A stretch of 64,000 nucleotides of DNA from Azolla caroliniana (Eukaryota > Plantae > Polypodiophyta). The position numbers and the translations under genes are program-made. Every line of letters begins with the position of its first letter. Positions within the stretch are counted from its first letter, which is position 1. Under the pieces are notes generated by a model, which saw only the letters and a program-made list of their open reading frames with translations, made no database searches and was not told where the DNA came from. The stretch lies in contig JBHGNT010000010.1 of NCBI GenBank assembly GCA_043228905.1, positions 558,001 through 622,000 on the forward strand. The letters run 5' to 3'. Below are positions 52,351 through 61,810 of the stretch, one piece after another.

Positions 52351-55300
52351 TGACCTGAGTATCAAAATCTCAATTTTTTAATTCTGTATTATAGGTAGCG
52401 TTGTTAGCTTCGATTCGAATCTTTGAACACAAAAATCCGATATCACACGAGCCAGGTATGAACATTTTAATTTCTTCATGTCTCTCGACCTGAGTTTCAA
52501 AATCTCTATTTTTTAATTCCATATCATAGGTAACATTGTCAGCTTCGAATCGCATGTTTGAACAGAAAAATCCGATATCACATGGGCCAGGTATGAACAT
52601 TTTAATTTACTCACGGGCTCTTCTCAACTCCCTGTTCTAACTTGCCAATTACTTCATGTCTCTCGAACTGAGTTTCAAAATCTTGATTTTTTTATTCTAT
52701 ATCATAGGTAGTGTTGCTGGCTTCGATTTGGTATCTTTGAACACAAAAATCCGGGATCACACGAGCCAGGTATGAACATTTTAATTTACTCACCGGCTCT
52801 TCTCAACTCCCTCTTCAAATTTGGTAATTCCATCATGTCTCTCGACCTGAGTTTCAAAATCTTGATTTTTTGATTCTATATCATAGCTAGTGTTGTTAGC
52901 TTCGATTTGCATGTTTTAACACAAAAATCTGGGATCACAGGAGCCAGGTATGGAAATTTTATTTTACTCACCGGCTCTTCTCAACTCCCTCCTCAAATTT
53001 GGTAATTTCTTCATGTCTCTCGACCTGAGTTTCAAAATCTTGATTTTTTAATTCTATATCATAGCTAGCATTGTTAGCTTCGATTCGCATCTTTGAACAC
53101 AAAAATCCGGGATCACACGAACCATGTATGAACATTTTAATTTACTCACGGGCTCTTCTCAACTCCCTCTTCTAACTTGCCAATTTCTTCATGTCTCTTG
53201 ACCTGAGTTTCAAAATCTTGGTTTTTTAATTCCATATCATAGGTAGCGTTGTTATCTTCGAATGGCATGTTTGAACACAGAAAACCAATATCACATGGGC
53301 CCGGTATGAACATTTTAATTTACGCACGCGCTCTTCGCAACTTCCTCTTCAAATTTCGTAATTTCTTCCTGTCTCTCGACCTGAGTTTCAAAATCTTGAT
53401 TTCTTAATTCCATATTATAGGTAGCGTTGTTAGCTTCGATTCGCATCTTTGAACACTAAAATCCGATATCACATGGGCCAGGTATGAACATTTTAATTTA
53501 CTCAGGGGCTCTTCTTATCTCCCTCCTCTAACTTGCCTATTTATTCATGTCTCTCGACCTGAGTTTCAAAATCTTGATTTTTTGATTCTATATCATAGCT
53601 AGTGTTGTTAGCTTCGATTCCAATGTTTGAACACAAAAATCCGATATCACACGAGCCAGGTATGAACATTTTAATTTACTCACGCGCTCTTTTCAACGCC
53701 CTCCTCAAATTTGGTAATTTCTTCAAGTCTGTCGATCTGAGTTTCAAAATCCTGATTTTTTAATCTCATATCATAGCCAGCGTTGTTAGCTTCGCTTCGC
53801 ATATTTAAACACTAAAATCCGATATCACATGGGCCAGGTATAAACATTTTAATTTACTCACGCGCTCTTCTTCACTCCATCCTCAAATTTCGTAATTTCT
53901 TCATGTCTGTCGACCTATGTTTCAAAATCTCGATTTCTTAATACCATATTATAGGTAGCGTTGTTATCTTCGATTCGCATCTTTGAACACTAAAATCTGA
54001 TATCAGATGGGCCAGGTATGAACATTTTAATTTACTCAGGGGCTCTTCTTCACTCCCTCTTCATGCCAATATCACACGAGCCAGGTATGAACATTTTAAT
54101 TTACTCACGCGCTCTTCTCAACTCCCTCTTCAAATTTGGTAATTTCTTCATGTCTCTCAACCTGAGTTTCAAAATACGGGATCACATTGGCCAGGTATGA
54201 ACATTTTATTTTACTCACGGGCTCTTCTCAACTCCCTCTTCTAACTTGCCAATTACTTCATGTCTCTCGCCCTGAGCTTCAAAATCTGGAGTGTTGTTAG
54301 CTTCGATTCGCATCTTTGAACACACAAATCCGATATCACATGAGCCAGGTATGAACATTTTAATTTACTCACGCGCTCTTCTGTACGCCCTCCTCAAATT
54401 TCGTAATTTCTTCGTGTCTGTCGATCTTAGTTTCAAAATCTTGATTTTTTAATCCCATATCATAGGTAGTGTTGTTAGCTTCGATTCGCATATTTAAACA
54501 CTAAAATCCGATATCACATGAGCCAGGTATGAACATTTTAATTTACTCACGCGCTCTTCTTTACTCCTTCCTCAAATTTGGTAATTTCTTCATGTCTGTC
54601 GACCTGAGTTTCAAAATCATGATTTTTTAATACCATATTATAGGTAGCGTTGTTAGCTTCGATTTGCATCTTTGAACACTAAAATCCGATATGACATGGA
54701 GCAGGTATGAACATTTTAATTTACTCACGGGCTCTTCTCAACTCCCTCTTCATGCCAATATCACACAAGCCAGGTATCAACATTTTAATTTACTCACGCG
54801 CTCCTCTCAACTCCCTCTTCAGATTTGGTAATTTCTTCATGTCTCTCGCCCTGAGTTTAAAAATCCGGGATCACATGGGCCAGGTATGAACATTTTAATT
54901 TACTCACGGGCTCTTCTCAACTCCCTCTTCTAACCTTCCAATTTCTTCATGTCTCTCGACCTGAGTTTCAAAATCTTGATTTTTTAATTCTATATCATAG
55001 GTAGCATTGTTAGCTTCGATTCGCATGTTTGAACACAGAAATCCGGGATCACACGAGCCAGGTATGAACATTTTAAATTAGTCACGGGCTCTTCTCAACT
55101 CTCTCCTCAAATTTGGTAATTTCTTCATGTCTCTCGACCTGAGTTTCAAAATCTTGATTTTTTAATTCCATATCTTAGGTAGCGTTGTTAGCTTCGAATC
55201 GCAAGTTTGAACACAAAAATCCGAGATCACACGAGCCAGGTATGAACATTTTAATTTACTCACGCGCTCTTCTCAACTCCCTCTTCAGATTTGGTAATTT

Positions 55301-57249
55301 CTTCATGTCTCTCGTCCTGAGTTTAAAAATCCGGGATCACATGGGCCAGGTATGAACATTTTAATTTACTCACGGGCTCTTTTCAACTCCCTCTTCTAAC
55401 CTTCCAATTTCTTCATGTCTCTCGACCTGAGTTTCAAAATCTGGATTTTTTGATTCTATATCATAGGTAGTGTTATTAGCTTCAATTCGCATCTTTGACC
55501 ACAAAAATCCGATATCACACGAGCCAGGTATGAACATTTTAATTTACTCACGCGCTCTTCTCAACGCCCTCCTGAAATTTGGTAATTTCTTCATGTCTGT
55601 CGATCTGAGTTTCAAAATCTTGATTTTTTAATCCCATATCATAGCTAGCGTTGTTAGCATCGATTCGCATATTTAAACACTAAAATCCGATATGACATGG
55701 GCCATGTATGAACATTTTAATTTACTCACGCGCTCTTTTTAACTCCTTCCTCAAATTTGGTAATTATTTCATGTCTCTCGACCTGAGTTTCAGAATCTTG
55801 ATTTTTTAATACCATATTATAGCTAGTGTTGTTAGCTTCGATTCGCATCTTTGAACACAAAAATCCGGGATCATACGAGCCAGGTATGAACATTTTAATT
55901 TACTCACGCGCTCCTCTTAACTCAATCCTCAAATTTGGTAATTTCTTCATGTCTGTCGACCTGAGTTTCAAAATCTTGATTTTTTAATTCCATATTATAG
56001 GTAGCGTTGTTAGCTTCGATTCGCATCTTTGAACACTAAAATCCGATATCACATGGGCCAGGTATGAACATTTTAATTTACTCAGGGGCTCTCCTTAACT
56101 CCCTCTTCATGCCAATATCACACGAGCCAGGTATGAACATTTTAAGTTACTCACGCGCTCTTCTCAACTCCCTCTTCAAATTTGGTAATTTCTTCATGTC
56201 TCTCGACCTGAGTTTCAAAATCTCGATTTCTTAATTCCATATTATAGGTAGCGTTGTTAGCTTCGATTCGCATCTTTGAACACAAAAATCCCATATCACA
56301 CGAGCCAGGTATGAACATTTTAATTTACTCACGCGCTCTTCTCAACTCCCTCTTCAAATTTGGTAATTTCTTCATGTCTCTCGATCTGAGTTTCAAAATC
56401 TCGATTTTTTAATACCATATAATAGATAGCGTTGTTAGCTTCGATTCGCATCTTTGAAAACTAAAATCCGATATCACATGGGCCAGGTATGAACATTTTA
56501 ATTTACTCAGGGCCTCTTCTTAACTCCCTCTTCATGCAAATATCACACGAGCTAGGGATGAACATTTTAATTTACTCACACGCTCTTCTCAAGTCCCTCT
56601 TCAAATTTGGTAATTTCTTCATGTCTCTCGACCTGAGTTTCAAAATCTCGATTTCTTAATTCCATATTATTGGTAGCGTTGTTAGCTTCGAATCGCATCT
56701 TTGAACACTAAAATCCAAAATCACACGAGCCAGGTATGAACATTTTAATTTACTCACGCGCTCTTCTTAACTCCTTCCTCAAATTTGGTAATTTCTTCAT
56801 GTCTGTCGACCTGAGTTTCAAAATCTTGATTTTTTAATTCCATATTATAGGTAGCGTTGTTAGCTTCGATTCGCATCTTTGAACACTAAAATCCGATATC
56901 ACATGGGCCAGGTATGAACATTTTAATTTACTCACGGGCTCTTCTCAACTCCCTCTTCTAACTTGCCAATTTCTTCATGTGTCTCGACATCAGTTTCAAA
57001 ATCTCTATTTTCTGATTCTATATCATAGCTAGTGTTATTAGCTTCGATTCGCATCTTTGAACACAAAAATCCGGGATCATACGAGCCAGGTATGAACATT
57101 TTAATTTACTCACGCGCTCTTCTCAACGCCCTCCTCAAATTTGGTAATTTCTTCATGTCTCTCGACCTGAGTTTCAAAATCTTGGTTTTTTAATTCCATA
57201 TCATAGGTAGCGTTGTTATCATAGCTAGTGTTGTTAGCTTCTATATCAT

Positions 57250-60200
57250 AGCTAGTGTTGTTAGCTTCGATTCGCATCTTTGAACACAAAAATCCGGAAT
57301 CACACGAGCCAGGTATGAAAATTTTAATTTACTCACGCGCTCTTCTGAACTCCCTCCTCAAATTTGGTAATTTCTTCATATCTCTCGACCGGAGTTTCAA
57401 AATCTTGATTTTTTAATTCCATATTATAGGTAGCGTTCTTAGCTTCGATTCGCATCTTTGAACATTAAAATCCGATATCACATGGGCCAAGTATGAACAT
57501 TTTAATTGACTCAGGGGCTCTTCTTAACTCCCTCTTCATGCCAATATCACACGAGCCAGGTATGAACATTTTAATTTACTCACGCGCTCTTCTCAACTCC
57601 CTCTTCAAATTTGGTAATTTCTTCATGTCTCTCGACCTGAGTTTCAAAATCTCGGTTTTTTAATTCCATATCATAGGTAGCGTTGTTATCTTCGAATCGC
57701 ATCTTTGAACACAAAAATCCAATATCACACGAGCCAGGTATCGACATTTTAATTTACTCACGCGCTCTTCTCAACTCCCTCTTCAAATTTGGTAATTTCT
57801 TTATGTCTCTCGACCTGAGTTTCAAAATTTCGATTTTTTAATATTATATTATAGGTAGCGTAGTTAGCTTCGATTCGCATCTTTGAAAACAAACATTCGG
57901 TATCACATGAGCCAGGTATGAACATTTTAATTTACTCACGCGCTCTTCTCAACTCCCTCTTCAAAGTTGGTAATTTCTTCATGTCTCTCGACCTGAGTTT
58001 CAAAATCTCGATTTCTTAATTCCATATTATAGGTAGCGTTGTTAGCTTCGATTCGCATCTTTTAACAGAAAAATCTAATATCACACGAGCCAGGTATGAA
58101 CATTTTAATTTACTCACGCGCTCTTCTCAACTCCCTCTTCAAATTTGGTAATTTGTTCATGTCTCTCGACCTAAGTTTCAGAATCTTGATTTTTTAATAC
58201 CATAGTATAGGTAGTGTTGTTAGCTTCGATTCGCATATTTAAACACTAAAATCCGATATCACATGGGCCAGGTATGAACATTTTAATTTACTCACGTGCT
58301 CTTCTTAACTCCTTCCTCAAATTTGTTAATTTCTTCATGTCTGTCCACCTGAGTTTCAAAATGTTGATTTTTTAATACCATATTATAGGCAGCGTTGTTA
58401 GCTTCGATTCCCATATTTAAACACTAAAATCCGATATCACATGAGCCAGGTATGAACATTTTAATTTACTCACGCGCTCTTCTTAACTCCTTCCTCAAAT
58501 TTGGTAATTTCTTCATGTCTGTCGATCTGAGTTTCAAAATCTTGATTTTTTAATCCCATATCATAGCTAGCGTTGTTAGCTTCAATTCACAGATTTAAAC
58601 ACTAAAATCCGATATCACATGGGCCGGGTATGAACATTTTAATTTACTCATGCGCTCTTTTTAACTCCCTCTTCATGCCAATATCACACGAGCCAGGTAT
58701 GAACATTTTAATTTACTCATGCGCTCTTCTCAACTCCCTCTTCAAATTTGGTAATTTCTTCATGTCTCTCGACCTGAGTTTCAAAATCTTGATTTCTTAA
58801 TTCCATATTATAGGTAGCGTTGTTAGCTTCATATCGCATCTTTTAAGAGTAAAATCCAAAATCACACGAGCCAGGTATGAACATTTTAATTTAGTCACGC
58901 GCTCTTCTTAACTACTTCCTCCAATTTCGTAATTTCTTCATGTCTGTCGACCTGAGTTTCAAACTCTTGATTTTTTAATTCCATATTATAGGTAGCGTTG
59001 TGAGCTTCGATTCGCATCTTTGAACACTAAAATCCGATATCACAGGGGCCAGGTATGAACATTTTAATTTACTCACGCGCTCTTCTTAACTCCTTCCTCA
59101 AATTTGGTAATTTCTTCATGTCTGTCGACCTGAGTTTCCAAATCCTAATTTTTTAATTCCATGTTATAGGTAGCGTTGTTAGCTTCGATTCGCATCTTTG
59201 AACACTAAAATCCGATATCACAGGGGCCAGGTATGAACATTTTAATTTACTCACGGGCTCTTCTCAACTCCCTCTTCTAACTTGCCAATTTCTTCATGTC
59301 TCTCGACATCAGTTTCAAAATCTCTATTTTTTGATTCTATATCATAGCTAGTGTTGTTAGCTTCGATTCGCATCTTTGAACACAAAAATCCGGGATCATA
59401 CGAGCCAGGTATGAAGATTTTAATTTACTCACGCGCTCTTCCCAACTCCCTCCTCAAATTTGGTAATTTCTTCATGTCTCTCGACCTGAGTTTCAAAATC
59501 TTGATTTTTTAATTCCATATTATAGGTAGCGTTGTTAGCTTCGATTCGCATCTTTGAACACTAAAATCCGATATCACATGGGCCAAGTATGAACATTTTA
59601 ATTTACTCAGGGGCTCTTCTTAACTCCCTCTTCATGCCAATACCACACGAGCCAGGTATGAACATTTTAATTTACTCACGCGCTCTTCTCAACTCCCTCT
59701 TCAAATTTGGTAATTTTTTCATGTCTCTCGACCTCAGTTTCAAAATCTCGATTTTTTAATTCCATATTATAGGTAGCGTTGTTAGCTTCGAATCGCATGT
59801 TTGAACACAAAAATCCGATATCACATGCGCCAGGTATGAGCATTTTAATTTACTCACGGGCTCTTCTCACTTGCCAATTTCTTCTAACTTGCCAATTTCT
59901 TCTAACTTGCCAATTTCTTCTAACTTGCCAATTTCTTCATGTCTCTCGACCTCAGTTTCGAAATCTTGATTTTTTGATTCTATATCATAGCTAGTGTTGT
60001 TAGCTTCGATTCGCATCTTTGAACACAAAAATCCGGAATCACACGAGCCAGGTATGAAAATTTTAATTTACTCACGCGCTCTTCTGCTCTCCCTCCTCAA
60101 ATTTGGTAATTTCTTCATATCTCTCGACCTGAGTTTCAAAATCTTGATTTTTTAATTCCATATTATAGGTAGCGTTCTTAGCTTCGATTCGCATCTTTGA

Positions 60201-61810
60201 ACATTAAAATCCGATATCACATGGGCCAAGTATGAACATTTTAATTTACTCAGGGGCTCTTCTTAACTCCCTCTTCATGCCAATATCACACGAGCCAGGT
60301 ATGAACATTTTAATTTACTCACGCGCTCTTCTCAACTCCCTCTTCAAATTTGGTAATTTCTTCATGTCTCTCGACCTGAGTTTCAAAATCTAGATTTTTT
60401 GGTACCATATTATAGGAAGCGTTGTTAGCTTCGAATCGCATCTTTGAACACAAAAATCCAATATCACACGAGCCAGGTATGGACATTTTAATTTACTCAC
60501 GCGCTCTTCTCAACTCCCTCTTCAAATTTGGTAATTTCTTTATGTCTCTCGACCTGAGTTTCAAAATTTCGATTTTTTAATACTATATTATAGGTAGCGT
60601 AGTTAGCTTCGATTCGCATCTTTGAAAACAAACATTCGGTATCACACGAGCCAGGTATGAACATTTTAATTTACTCACGCGCTCTTCTCAACTCCCTCTT
60701 CAAAGTTGGTAATTTCTTCATGTCTCTCGACCTGAGTTTCAAAATCTCGATTTCTTAATTCCATATTATAGGTAGCGTTGTTAGCTTCGATTCGCATCTT
60801 TTAACAGAAAAATCCAATATCACACGAGCCAGGTATGAACATTTTAATTTACTCACGCGCTCTTCTCAACTCCCTCTTCAAATTTGGTAATTCGTTCATG
60901 TCTCTCGACCTAAGTTTCAGAATCTTAATTTTTTAATACCATAGTATAGGTAGCGTTGTTAGCTTCGATTCGCATATTTAAACACTAAAATCCGATATCA
61001 CATGGGCCAGGTATGAACATTTTAATTTACTCACGTGCTCTTCTTAACTCCTTCCTCAAATTTGTTAATATCTTCATGTCTGTCCACCTGAGTTTCAAAA
61101 TGTTGATTTTTTAATACCATATTATAGGCAGCGTTGTTAGCTTCGATTCGCATATTTAAACACTAAAATCCGATATCACATGAGCCAGTTATGAACATTT
61201 TAATTTACTCACGCGCTCTTCTTAACTCCTTCCTCAAATTTGGTAATTTCTTCATGTCTGTCGATCTGAGTTTCAAAATCTTGATTTTTTAATCCCATAT
61301 CATAGCTAGCGTTGTTAGCTTCAATTCACAGATTTAAACACTAAAATCCGATATCACATGGGCCGGGTATGAACATTTTAATTTACTCATGCGCTCTTTT
61401 TAACTCCCTCTTCATGCCAATATCACACGAGCCAGGTATGAACATTTTAATTTACTCATGCGCTCTTCTCAACTCCCTCTTCAAATTTGGTAATTTCTTC
61501 ATGTCTCTCGACCTTAGTTTCAAAATCTTGATTTCTTAATTCCATATTATAGGTAGCGTTGTTAGCTTCATATCGCATCTTTTAAGAGTAAAATCCAAAA
61601 TCACACGAGCCAGGTATGAACATTTTAATTTAGTCACGCGCTCTTCTTAACTGCTTCCTCAAATTTCGTAATTTCTTCATGTCTGTCGACCTGAGTTTCA
61701 AACTCTTGATTTTTTAATTCCATATTATAGGTAGCGTTGTGAGCTTCCATTCGCATCTTTGAACACTAAAATCCGATATCACAGGGGCCAGGTATGAACA
61801 TTTTAATTTA
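57250..61810. repeat. Block duplication with 2739-bp offset (57250-59070 ~ 59990-61810)
   Basis: aaacattcgg occurs at 57891/60630 and ttttaagagt at 58841/61580. The 69-bp monomers pair as 57480/60219 and 58617/61356. All offsets are 2739. Confidence 0.92.
59863..59938. repeat. 18-bp minisatellite (cttctaacttgccaattt) x4 inside one monomer
   Basis: Units start at 59863, 59881, 59899 and 59917. The host monomer is lengthened to 218 bp (59823-60040). Confidence 0.95.

Noticed and set aside
8916-59994. All ORFs in the six-frame track (60-109 aa) as protein-coding genes
   Set aside because: They are translations of the satellite. 178 is not divisible by 3, so frames close after about one monomer, and longer ORFs coincide with in-frame deletion monomers or single stop-loss variants. 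There is no recognisable domain, and most copies carry stops.
59779-59994. LLTCQF repeat peptide
   Set aside because: It is just the translation of the 18-bp minisatellite.
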